In this document: positions 7,524 through 16,257 of the stretch, one piece after another | Layout of the letters: the number at the start of each line of letters is the position of its first letter | Numbering within the stretch: position 1 is the first letter of the stretch | DNA from: an uncultured Candidatus Kuenenia sp. | GTDB lineage: Bacteria > Planctomycetota > Planctomycetia > Pirellulales > UBA1268 | Assembly (NCBI GenBank): GCA_964508125.1 | Contig: CAZDTC010000002.1 | Coordinates: 1-43,170 of the forward strand | Length of the DNA: 43,170 bases | Direction: 5' to 3' | Made by a program: the position numbers and the translations under genes | The notes under the pieces: model-generated | Told to the model about the DNA's origin: nothing | Database searches by the model: none | The model's input: only the letters and a program-made list of their open reading frames with translations

Positions 7524-9094
7524 ATGCTGCATCATTTGGGTTGATGAGTTCTGGCACCGACTCAACGCCTGCCGCTATTGATGCCCGTCGCTTCCGTGAT
7601 GGCGACGTGGCGCTGCTCGTCGCCGTCGCGCTTCAGTTGCTCGAGTTCGTTGCCGCTTACCCAGCCACGGTGCTGAAGATCATCTTCGTCTGCATCTGCA
7701 CCTTTCCTGGCAGAGCTGTTTTTCTGCCTGCCCTTTTCGTCTTGCAGTTTTTCGCGAGCGATTTCCTGCTCGGTGAAATCACGACGTACGAGTATTTGCT
7801 CCAGCGACACGAGTCTGCCCGCGTTTCGGTGTTTGGATTCCCGCTTACAACGAACTACACCTTCGCCGCCTGCGTCGCGATCCGCGTTTTACACGAAGCA
7901 TTTTCTCGTACGCGTACGTTCGTGGGAATCATTTCGCCGGCATGGATCTGGATATGGGCATCGTGCTTTTTTCCGGCAATTCTTTCTGCCACGCTGGGCA
8001 AGGCGGAGGAAAGATTCTCATGGACTGCCCCCATTCGTGACGTGATGATGGTTGGCTGTCTCTTCTATGGCATGATCCTGGCGCGCAACACGGCGGAAAC
8101 GATCGCGGTGATCACGCGTCGGCTGGTGCCTCTCGGATGCGTGATGATCTCTCTTGCAATGGTGGGGTATTTCTACTCCCGTGGGATGTACTTCATCACG
8201 GCCCTCGGGCCCGCTCTGTTTCTCAGTTGGCGGGCCTTTGGGGGTCGCGCCGGCCGATGGGCACTATATGCCTGCCTCTTTGCACTTACGACGCTCTATG
8301 CCTTCGCTCTTTATCCCACTGCCTATGCCAAGCAGGTCGCTCAGACGCTCTACTCCACCTCTGGCAATTCCACGGCGCTCATTGCGTGCTGGTTCTTGCC
8401 GATGTTGATCGTATTGATCATTCGGCGCAACGCCCGCTTGGACAACCGTCGCAAGGGCTTGGTCACAGCTCTTCCGATCGCAGCCGGCGCATTCGCCCTG
8501 ATATTCCCTATCGCGTTTGCGATGTTCAGCGTGACGTACTCGTTTGAGATGGAGAAGGTGAAGGATCCCGGGGAACTGCCGATTCGTGAGCGTTTCGTTT
8601 ACAAGCTGTTTCAAGATCGTGCACCGATTTGGCGCGGAGCGGTTGATGAAATCCTGACGCCCCCCTATTTCCTCAAGACCGGCGGCGCGACCATGGGATA
8701 CCGCCTGATGCTCAACGGCGACAAGGTTCCCTGGCCCGCAGGCAGCCACAATCTTGCGTTGGAGGAACTGCGAAGAAATGGCCTGTACGCCGGTGCAATT
8801 TGCCTCTTGATCATCCTACGAGGAAACGTGTTTGCGCTGCGGGCATTGATCAAGGCCTCGGATCCGCTCGTGCGGTCATTTGCAATCGCTTCTTTCAGCA
8901 GTTTGTTTATTCTTACGCTCACATCGCACATCCCCATGGAGACGAACGCGGCCCTCTGGCTGTTGGGGCCCGCGGGAATGTGTGCCTCTCTCGTGCAGGG
9001 TCATCAACGCCAGACGGCCCGACGCAGCTTCACGTCGCCGGTGCGATATCCCAACTTCGTTGGCGTGGAGCCGCGCGGTGCCTTCGCTCATTGA
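7520..9094 (+). CDS. wzy: Wzy-like O-antigen/EPS polymerase (polytopic membrane protein)
   Basis: About 10-12 hydrophobic segments. A Wzy_C-like motif is present: AGSHNLALEELRRNGLYAG (H-N-x-x-L-x-x-x-x-x-x-G). GC looks lower than in the neighbours, as is common for wzy. ATGA overlap with the upstream stop. Confidence 0.8.
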   Translation: MNAASFGLMSSGTDSTPAAIDARRFRDGDVALLVAVALQLLEFVAAYPATVLKIIFVCICTFPGRAVFLPALFVLQFFASDFLLGEITTYEYLLQRHESARVSVFGFPLTTNYTFAACVAIRVLHEAFSRTRTFVGIISPAWIWIWASCFFPAILSATLGKAEERFSWTAPIRDVMMVGCLFYGMILARNTAETIAVITRRLVPLGCVMISLAMVGYFYSRGMYFITALGPALFLSWRAFGGRAGRWALYACLFALTTLYAFALYPTAYAKQVAQTLYSTSGNSTALIACWFLPMLIVLIIRRNARLDNRRKGLVTALPIAAGAFALIFPIAFAMFSVTYSFEMEKVKDPGELPIRERFVYKLFQDRAPIWRGAVDEILTPPYFLKTGGATMGYRLMLNGDKVPWPAGSHNLALEELRRNGLYAGAICLLIILRGNVFALRALIKASDPLVRSFAIASFSSLFILTLTSHIPMETNAALWLLGPAGMCASLVQGHQRQTARRSFTSPVRYPNFVGVEPRGAFAH

Positions 9095-9182
9095 CCCCCG
9101 CTATCCACCGATCGGGAACCTTGCACAGCGCTATCACGTCCTGCCCCATGCGATCGATCTGCGGGTTCCAGGATTCTCCGCG

Positions 9183-10067
9183 ATGGATCGCTACAACCTC
9201 CGAACCTACGCGCCAGAGCCGGTCGATTCCTCCGCGTGGTTCACCCAGATCGTCGAACGCGTGGAGTCAGCGATCGGCAGAAGTTTCCTGCCAATCATTC
9301 GGCTCGCTGACGGCGAGTTTCTGTTTCTGCTTGGTTTTCAGCCGCCAACGCCCCGAGCAGGATTGGCTTATCCCCTCCAGTGGGCCCGATGGTGGCTGGC
9401 CAAGTGGAAGCCTCGCCGGCAGTTGCGTGCCGGCGGAACACACAGCAACCGTCCTCTATATGCCAGCGCGAAATACACCACCGATGAGCTCGAGGATATT
9501 CGCAAGGAATACGGCCGCGTCCTACGCGAAATCGCCTCCACCGGCCTGATCGCAGCCGATCTCTCGTTTTGCGCCGTACCCTTCCAGGACCACTTTTTCC
9601 CGGCGTTTCGGGCCTGGCTCGGTGCCCATGGCATCCAGCTCACCATGGCCAACTACGCACCGTTTTACTTCATCTATGCGATGCTCACCGGCCCCAAACG
9701 CCATCGCCTGCTTACCGGCAGACGAATCCTTGTAATCCATTCTGCGACCGGTCCAAAGCAGGACGCAATCAAAAGTAGCCTGATCCGCGAAGGGGCGAAG
9801 GACGTGCTCTGGCACGGCATCTCCCCCGACCGCTCGCTCTACGACGTCGTGCCTGTGGAGCGTTTCGTCGGCGCCGTGGATCTCTGCGTCTTCGGCGCCG
9901 GCATCGGCAAGCCCGCCATCCTGGCCCAACTCGAGCCGCTAGGTGTGCCATGCATCGACGCGGGATACGTGATGGAGGTCTGGGCCGACCCCTCGGTCGC
10001 CCGGAGCCGGATTTTCACCCAGCCCGATGCGTACTCTGCCACCCCCTGCGGGACGGCGATTCGGTGA
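9183..10067 (+). CDS. Hypothetical glycan-locus protein, possibly a GT-D (DUF1792-like) glycosyltransferase
   Basis: The N-terminal IIRLADGEFLFL resembles the R-x-GDGE motif, and the C-terminal CVFGAGIGKPAILAQLEPLGVPCIDAGY resembles the GT-D Rossmann end. An alternative GTG start at 9078 would overlap wzy. Confidence 0.7.
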   Translation: MDRYNLRTYAPEPVDSSAWFTQIVERVESAIGRSFLPIIRLADGEFLFLLGFQPPTPRAGLAYPLQWARWWLAKWKPRRQLRAGGTHSNRPLYASAKYTTDELEDIRKEYGRVLREIASTGLIAADLSFCAVPFQDHFFPAFRAWLGAHGIQLTMANYAPFYFIYAMLTGPKRHRLLTGRRILVIHSATGPKQDAIKSSLIREGAKDVLWHGISPDRSLYDVVPVERFVGAVDLCVFGAGIGKPAILAQLEPLGVPCIDAGYVMEVWADPSVARSRIFTQPDAYSATPCGTAIR

Positions 10068-11326
10068 TGCGACCCGCCAGGGCGCAGGGCCGCCCCCGAG
10101 TGGCCCTAGTGGCAGCGGCCGCCAATCGGGGCGGAGCCCACGTGGCGGCGCTTCGCCTCCACCGAGGCCTGCTCGACGCGAGCGTGGATTCGAGATTCGT
10201 GGCGGGACTCGTGGAAGCCGGCATCGACGACGTTGGCCCGCCCTCATCAGACTGGCAACGGCTCCGCTGGAAGATCCGATCTCGAGCGGGCCGCTGGCTG
10301 GCCACGTCGCTGGCGAGTCATTCCGAAGGGATGCAGTCTCTAAACATACTGCCGTCGGCCTTCGCCCATCGCTTGCACGATCCTGCGCTCGATCTTGTGC
10401 ACCTCCACTGGGTGAACAACGAACTGCTGTCGATCGAGCAAATCGGCCGGATCAGGCAGCCGATGGTGTGGACGCTGCACGACATGTGGGCGTTTTGCGG
10501 CAGTGAACACTACCTGCCCGACCCATCGGCCTACCTCGGCCCCCCAGGCACGGTTCCGGGAGCAGGGCTCCCCAAAGCCGCCCGCTGGACATGGAACCGC
10601 AAGCGCCGGGCCTGGGCGGGCCTGCAGCCGATCATCGTCGCTCCCAGCCACTGGCTCGGCGACCTCGCTTCGCGATCGCGTCTGCTCGGCCACTTGCCCG
10701 TGGAAATCGTGCCCTACGGACTCGACCTCGACTGTTTCCGCCCTGTGCAGTCGCAGGCGCCGAATCCGCCAAGGCCCTTACGGATCGTGTTTGGCGCCGC
10801 GGGCGGAACAGCCGACCCGCGCAAGGGATTCGACCTTTTTTCGGCTGCCATCGGAAAGTTCGCTGCCTCGAGCGATGGGCGGCCCTGCGAACTTGTTTTC
10901 TTCGGCTCGCCCGACGCGCCGCGGATCGACCATGCGGGCGGCATGAGCATCCGCTTCGCAGGCATCATCCGATCGGACGACGACATGGCCAGACTGCTTT
11001 CCGACACCGATGTCTTCGTTGCCACGTCGAGGCTTGACAACCTCCCCAACACGGTGATGGAGGCTACTGCCTGCGGCGTGCCAACAGTCGCATTTCGGAT
11101 TGGTGGTATGCCCGACATGATCGAGCATCAGGCAACGGGCTACCTTGCCCGGGCATTCGAAGTAACCGATCTTGCCAATGGGATTTCCTGGGTGTTGGCC
11201 GACGAGGGCCGGCTCAAGGCACTGAAGACGGCGGCCCGATCGAAGGCCCAGCGCGAGTTCGGCAGTGCTTTACAGGCTGAGCGGCTGCTCACCATTTACG
11301 AGCGGGCGATCGCCAACGCTCGATAG
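10067..11326 (+). CDS. Glycosyltransferase family 4 (GT-B)
   Basis: The C-terminal motif LPNTVMEATACGVPTVAFRIGGMPDMIEHQATGYLA matches E-x7-E of GT4. The start ATG overlaps the upstream TGA by 1 nt. Confidence 0.9.
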   Translation: MRPARAQGRPRVALVAAAANRGGAHVAALRLHRGLLDASVDSRFVAGLVEAGIDDVGPPSSDWQRLRWKIRSRAGRWLATSLASHSEGMQSLNILPSAFAHRLHDPALDLVHLHWVNNELLSIEQIGRIRQPMVWTLHDMWAFCGSEHYLPDPSAYLGPPGTVPGAGLPKAARWTWNRKRRAWAGLQPIIVAPSHWLGDLASRSRLLGHLPVEIVPYGLDLDCFRPVQSQAPNPPRPLRIVFGAAGGTADPRKGFDLFSAAIGKFAASSDGRPCELVFFGSPDAPRIDHAGGMSIRFAGIIRSDDDMARLLSDTDVFVATSRLDNLPNTVMEATACGVPTVAFRIGGMPDMIEHQATGYLARAFEVTDLANGISWVLADEGRLKALKTAARSKAQREFGSALQAERLLTIYERAIANAR

Positions 11327-11334
11327 CGTTCGAC

Positions 11335-12486
11335 ATGCACCTGCTGCTGTTTGACGAGGCATTCCTGGGTCACCATGCGATCTGGATGGAGGAGACGCTG
11401 CGTGCGGTGCGAGAGATTGCGCCCCGCGTTGAGGTGTCGTACGCGTTTCCATATGCTTTCGACGATTCGAAGGGGCACATTGAATGGAAAGAACCGTCCA
11501 GGCACCACTTCCTGAGAAAACTCCAGGCACTCACCGGACGTCCGTGGCTGGCAGCCGAGAAATGGCGCAGCCTTCAGCGGCTGGTCCGGAAAACCCGAGC
11601 CGATCGCGTGCTGATGCTTTTTGCAGACGAGTTTTTGCATCCTGGGTATGCGCCCCAAGTCGCCTTTGATTGGGTGCCTGTTTATTTCCATCCACGGTTT
11701 CTCCGTGGAGAGTCGATGAAGCCGCCTTTAACTGCATTGCGGTCGCCTTCGTGTCCGTTTGTCTACGTCTTGGATGGCGGCATCCGTAAGGATTTGTCAC
11801 AGTTGACAGGGAAGCCGGTCGTGAAGATCCCGGACTTTTGCCCTACCAACTGCGGCCCGGAAACAACGCGTTGCAAAGCGCTTCGGGTCGCGGCAGCCGG
11901 GAGGCCGATTATAGGGGCCATCGGCCCCGTAACCCGGCACAAGAACGTGGGCGCGCTGATCGAGGTTGCGAAACGGCACCCAGAGTGGCATTTTCTCATT
12001 GCGGGGCTGGCTTTTCCCAAGGCGTTGTCCGCGGCTGAGCGACAACGGGTGGAAGAAGCCAGACAGATAGAAAACGTGACCTGCTTCTTCGAGTATCTGC
12101 CCCACGACGAGCTCAACACACTGACCGCCATGTGCGCGGTGCAGTTTGCCGCGTACAACCGATTCCTGCACAGCAGCAACAAGTTGGTGCGCGCGTGCAT
12201 GTATCGCACCCCACTCGTCGTGGCGAACTCCGGCTGTATGAGCGAAATGGTGACGCAGCACAGGATGGGCACGACGTGCGACCCCACGAGCGTCGACTCG
12301 ATCGAGGCAGCAATCGCTGGCGCCCTTGGAATCAACCACACGGCCGCCGACTGGGAGGGCTACCTGGCCTCCAATTCGATGGATAGCCTAAGGCGAGCTC
12401 TCACTCCGTTGGTCGCCGAGGACATTGGCGAGGCAGTCAAGGTATTATCATCTGACTCGACTATCACAAAGGAAGAAGCGAAATGA
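11335..12486 (+). CDS. GT-B-type glycosyltransferase (GT1/GT4-like, divergent)
   Basis: IGAIGPVTRHKNVGALIEVAKRHPEWHFLIAG ... SSNKLVRACMYRTPLVVANSGCMSEMV fits the C-terminal nucleotide-sugar-binding half of GT-B enzymes. Confidence 0.75.
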   Translation: MHLLLFDEAFLGHHAIWMEETLRAVREIAPRVEVSYAFPYAFDDSKGHIEWKEPSRHHFLRKLQALTGRPWLAAEKWRSLQRLVRKTRADRVLMLFADEFLHPGYAPQVAFDWVPVYFHPRFLRGESMKPPLTALRSPSCPFVYVLDGGIRKDLSQLTGKPVVKIPDFCPTNCGPETTRCKALRVAAAGRPIIGAIGPVTRHKNVGALIEVAKRHPEWHFLIAGLAFPKALSAAERQRVEEARQIENVTCFFEYLPHDELNTLTAMCAVQFAAYNRFLHSSNKLVRACMYRTPLVVANSGCMSEMVTQHRMGTTCDPTSVDSIEAAIAGALGINHTAADWEGYLASNSMDSLRRALTPLVAEDIGEAVKVLSSDSTITKEEAK

Positions 12487-13664
12487 TTCCCCTTATGAAA
12501 ACCGCGTTCTCGCATGAATACGAGACTCGCCGCGCCCTCGCCGACTTTCTGATGAGGGCCCCGAAATTGAGTATGGACGAGCAGTGCTTCACATTTGAGG
12601 CGGAGTTTGCCCGCAAGCAGGGGGCAAAGCACTGCGTGCTGTTTAACTCTGGCGGAAGCGCGAATCTTGCCTTACTGCAGGCCCTGCGAAACCTCGGCCG
12701 CGTGAAACAAGGTGCGACAGTGGGCTTCTCGGCCTTGACGTGGTCTACAAACGTCATGCCAATCATTCAGATGGGATTCAAGCCTGTGCCGATCGATTGC
12801 GACCCGACGACGCTCAACGTCATGTCATCTGGCATCGAGGCCGCCCTGGGCCGACAGCCGATCGACGTCCTGTTTTTGACCAATGTCCTGGGATTCGCGG
12901 GTGACCTGCCCGAGATCAAGGCGTTGTGCGCGGAACGTGGCATCGTTTTGCTCGAAGACAATTGCGAGGCTCTTGGCAGCAGGTTTCCCGGCAGGCTGAC
13001 GGGTAGTTTCGGGCTCGGTGCCAGTTTTTCGTTCTTCGTCGCCCACCACATGTCGACGATCGAGGGCGGCTGCCTCTGCACAGACGATTCGGAACTTGCG
13101 GAGATGTTGGTGATCGTCCGGGCCAACGGATGGGACCGAAACCTTTCCGCAGAGCAGCAGGCCAAATGGCGTGGGCGATACGGAATCATGTCAGAGTTCG
13201 AGGCAAAGTACACCTTCTACGACCTCGCCTACAACTTCCGCCCAACTGAGATCACAGGGTTTCTCGGGCAACAGCAATTGCAATATCTTGATGCTAACAA
13301 CCAACGCAGGTTTGAAAATCATCTCGCCTTGGAGCGAGTTGTGACCAGCAATCCCGACTTGATCCCCATTCGACGAGATCACATGGAGCAGCCTGCGCCG
13401 TTTGCTTTTCCAGTCGTGTGTAAATCGCCGGAGCTGCGCGACCACTACCTTCAGCAGTTCTCCGGCGCAGGGGTGGAGGTGCGCCCGATGATTGCCGGAA
13501 ACATCGCGCGGCAACCGTTCTACAAGATCTATGACTCGGCACCGCACGATCTACCGGGAGCCGAAATGTTGCACGAGTGTGGATTCTACAGCGGCAACTA
13601 TCCCGAACTGACGTCACGCGACCTGGACACTCTCGCAAGTTGCGTGACAAGGCGATCCCGATAG
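12483..13664 (+). CDS. DegT/DnrJ/EryC1-family PLP/PMP enzyme of the ColD/E1 3-dehydratase subgroup (active-site Lys replaced by His)
   Basis: Motifs present: LLEDNCEALG, GSFGLGASFSFFVAHHMSTIEGGCLCTDD, RANGWDRNL, YNFRPTEITG and VEVRPMIAGN. The HH at the usual Schiff-base Lys position matches GDP-4-keto-6-deoxy-D-mannose 3-dehydratase (ColD) as I recall its sequence. Confidence 0.85.
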   Translation: MIPLMKTAFSHEYETRRALADFLMRAPKLSMDEQCFTFEAEFARKQGAKHCVLFNSGGSANLALLQALRNLGRVKQGATVGFSALTWSTNVMPIIQMGFKPVPIDCDPTTLNVMSSGIEAALGRQPIDVLFLTNVLGFAGDLPEIKALCAERGIVLLEDNCEALGSRFPGRLTGSFGLGASFSFFVAHHMSTIEGGCLCTDDSELAEMLVIVRANGWDRNLSAEQQAKWRGRYGIMSEFEAKYTFYDLAYNFRPTEITGFLGQQQLQYLDANNQRRFENHLALERVVTSNPDLIPIRRDHMEQPAPFAFPVVCKSPELRDHYLQQFSGAGVEVRPMIAGNIARQPFYKIYDSAPHDLPGAEMLHECGFYSGNYPELTSRDLDTLASCVTRRSR

Positions 13665-13696
13665 ACGAACAACACCCACCCTGGAAAAACGCGAAC

Positions 13697-14530
13697 ATGC
13701 CGGGCGCTGAGAACAAGACTGCGATCCTCGTCACATCCTGCGATGCCTTCGAGGACTGCTGGGGTCCTTATGCGCACGGGCTTCACAAGTATTGGCCGGA
13801 CTGCCCGTTTCCTGTCTTCCTGATCACCAACGAGAAGACGTTTCCGGACCCATCGATCACGTCGCTGCGGATCCGCCCTGATCGAGGCTGGGCTCGGAAT
13901 CTTCGCCAGGCGATGGACGCCGTGGATGCCGAGATCCTGCTCTACACGCATGAGGACTTCTGGCTGTCGGCACCGGTCGATACAGCAGAAATTTTGGACT
14001 TCGCCGGGTACATCGCCGCGGGACGCGCCGATTACATTCGGCTGTATCCGGCCCCAGGCCCCGACCGACCGTTCGCTGGTGATCCTCGCCTCGGGGTGTT
14101 GGCCGACAACGCTCCTTACCGCACATCGCTTCAGACTGCGTTGTGGAGGAAAAGCGTGCTGCAGGATTTACTTAGAGACGACGAGTCTTGTTGGGGGTTT
14201 GAACTCGACGGAACGCCGCGAAGCCGGAGTTATGGCGAGCGATTCCTCTGCGTTCAACCCAAAAAGGCCGTGCCGGGCCGAAATCGGCCGATCGGCCTGC
14301 ACTATGTTTGCACCGCAATCAACAAGGGTCGCTGGGCCACGGAAGCCGTTCAATACGCCAACCGCGAGGGATTGGAGATCGACTTCAGCAATCGCCCGCT
14401 TGAGACGTGGTGGGACGACGCCATGCGGCTCTATCCGGCATGCCGGCATTTCGGCCGCTTGCTCAAGGCTGCCAGGAATCCCCGTCTCGTGGTCGATCGC
14501 ATGCTGGGCGGCAAGGCTCGTCGCCCCTGA
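13697..14530 (+). CDS. Hypothetical glycan-locus protein (possible GT-A-like transferase)
   Basis: 277-aa ORF with good GC3 bias, starting at ATG 13697. It contains ILVTSCDAFEDCW and ILLYTHEDFW (a possible DxD-like acidic motif). I do not recognise a confident family. Confidence 0.7.
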   Translation: MPGAENKTAILVTSCDAFEDCWGPYAHGLHKYWPDCPFPVFLITNEKTFPDPSITSLRIRPDRGWARNLRQAMDAVDAEILLYTHEDFWLSAPVDTAEILDFAGYIAAGRADYIRLYPAPGPDRPFAGDPRLGVLADNAPYRTSLQTALWRKSVLQDLLRDDESCWGFELDGTPRSRSYGERFLCVQPKKAVPGRNRPIGLHYVCTAINKGRWATEAVQYANREGLEIDFSNRPLETWWDDAMRLYPACRHFGRLLKAARNPRLVVDRMLGGKARRP

Positions 14531-14566
14531 TGCCCGCGTAGCCATCAACACCAACTGGGAAAAAAG

Positions 14567-15502
14567 ATGACTTTCGGAAGCACGGTGGTTCTCGGCGGTC
14601 GCGGACTGGTGGGGTCTGCGCTCGTGAGAGCCTCGCGGCAAATGGGCGACGAGATACTGTCGCCATCGTCATCAGAACTCGATTTGCGAAACCGCACCGC
14701 CGTTCGCGATTTCTTTGAGCACCATCGACCCCGCCGCGTCTACCTGGCGGCCGCAATCGTGGGTGGAATCCTCGAGAATTCGCGGAATCCCGTGCCTTTC
14801 GCGAACGACAACGTGTTGATACAAACCCATGTCCTCGAGGCCGCATATCGCACTGGCGTCGAACGTCTGATGCTCCTGGGATCCTCCTGCATCTACCCTC
14901 GGGCATGCACTCAGCCAATGCAGGAGTCCGATTTGATGACCGGACCGCTCGAGCCGACGAATTCGGCGTACGCCATGGCCAAGTTGCTGGGGTTGGAGCA
15001 GGTTTCCGCCTACAATCGGCAATATGGCACGCGCTGGCTTTATGTGATCCCGCCCAATGTCTACGGCCCTCGGGATCATTTCTTTTCCGACAAAAGCCAT
15101 GTCATATCGGCGCTGATCACGCGGATCCACGAAGCGAAAAACGAGGCGGCTCGGGAAGTTGGGGTCTGGGGAACTGGTTCTGCCCGTCGCGAATTCATCT
15201 ACGTCGACGATCTTGCTCGAATGCTCGTCCAGCTCATGGATATGCCGGATGTGCCGACGCCAATAAATACCGGAACCGGTTCCGATGTCTCGATTCGCGA
15301 ACTGGCGGAAACGATCGTCGAAGTCATCGGCTACCGAGGCGTCCTCGCTTGGGACGCGACAAAGCCGGACGGAATGCCACGCAAGTTGATGGACTCATCC
15401 ACCATGATTGCCATGGGAGTCGCCCCGGCGGTTGGGCTGCGGGATGGTCTCGCTTTGACGTATCGCTGGTTTTTGGACAACTACGATTCCCTGAAAAAAT
15501 GA
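14567..15502 (+). CDS. fcl: GDP-L-fucose synthase family (Fcl/WcaG; equally compatible with GDP-L-colitose synthase ColC)
   Basis: GGRGLVGSAL, VYLAAAIVGGI, LLGSSCIYPRACTQPMQESDLMTGPLEPTNSAYAMAKL, NRQYG and PPNVYGPRDHF are near-collinear with E. coli Fcl motifs. Confidence 0.9.
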   Translation: MTFGSTVVLGGRGLVGSALVRASRQMGDEILSPSSSELDLRNRTAVRDFFEHHRPRRVYLAAAIVGGILENSRNPVPFANDNVLIQTHVLEAAYRTGVERLMLLGSSCIYPRACTQPMQESDLMTGPLEPTNSAYAMAKLLGLEQVSAYNRQYGTRWLYVIPPNVYGPRDHFFSDKSHVISALITRIHEAKNEAAREVGVWGTGSARREFIYVDDLARMLVQLMDMPDVPTPINTGTGSDVSIRELAETIVEVIGYRGVLAWDATKPDGMPRKLMDSSTMIAMGVAPAVGLRDGLALTYRWFLDNYDSLKK

Positions 15503-16257
15503 ATGGCATGCGGGTATGGTTGGTCAGAGCCGCGCGGTCGGTCGCAAAGTCCTGCGGCATCGACTTTCAGCGGGTATCACAGTACACCGCTCCGATGATT
15601 CGGCTCGCGATGCTGCTTGACAGGCTCCGGGCGACGCTCGTGATCGATATCGGTGCGAACGAAGGGCAGTTTGCCGCAGATCTGCGGGCTGCCGGGTATC
15701 GCGGACGAATTGTTTCAGTCGAGCCCCTTTCGGTGGCTCACACTGCGCTCACGAGGGCTGCGGACAACGACAGCCAGTGGACGATTGCGGATCGCTGCGC
15801 TGTCGGAGCTACTCCCGGCAAGGCCACTCTGCATGTGGCTGGAAACTCAGTCAGCAGTTCCCTTCGTGAGATGACTACCGCCCATCTCGACGCCGCCGCT
15901 TACTCGAAATACGTGGGCACAGAGGAGGTGCGCGTCGTCACGCTCGCCGACCTGATCGCCCAGTATGGCGGCGGGTCTGATGCAAGGATCTTCGTTAAGC
16001 TCGACGTGCAGGGGCATGAGCGGGATGTTCTCGACGGCGCCGGCGATTGCCTCGACACCATCGGCGGAATCCAGCTCGAGCTGTCCCTCGTCGAGTTGTA
16101 TACCGGCCAGGCGCTTATGCCGGCTCAGGTCGCATTTTTGGCGGCGCGTGGGCTTGCCCTCTGGTCGCTCGACCGCGGGTTTATGGATGGCAAGACCGGC
16201 CGGTTGTTGCAGTGCGATGGCACGTTTGTGCGTGAATCTGCGATTGCACGGGGATGA
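15499..16257 (+). CDS. FkbM-family methyltransferase
   Basis: VIDIGANEGQFAADLRAAGYRGRIVSVEP and the downstream KLDVQGHE are FkbM hallmarks. ATGA overlap with fcl. Confidence 0.85.
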   Translation: MNGMRVWLVRAARSVAKSCGIDFQRVSQYTAPMIRLAMLLDRLRATLVIDIGANEGQFAADLRAAGYRGRIVSVEPLSVAHTALTRAADNDSQWTIADRCAVGATPGKATLHVAGNSVSSSLREMTTAHLDAAAYSKYVGTEEVRVVTLADLIAQYGGGSDARIFVKLDVQGHERDVLDGAGDCLDTIGGIQLELSLVELYTGQALMPAQVAFLAARGLALWSLDRGFMDGKTGRLLQCDGTFVRESAIARG

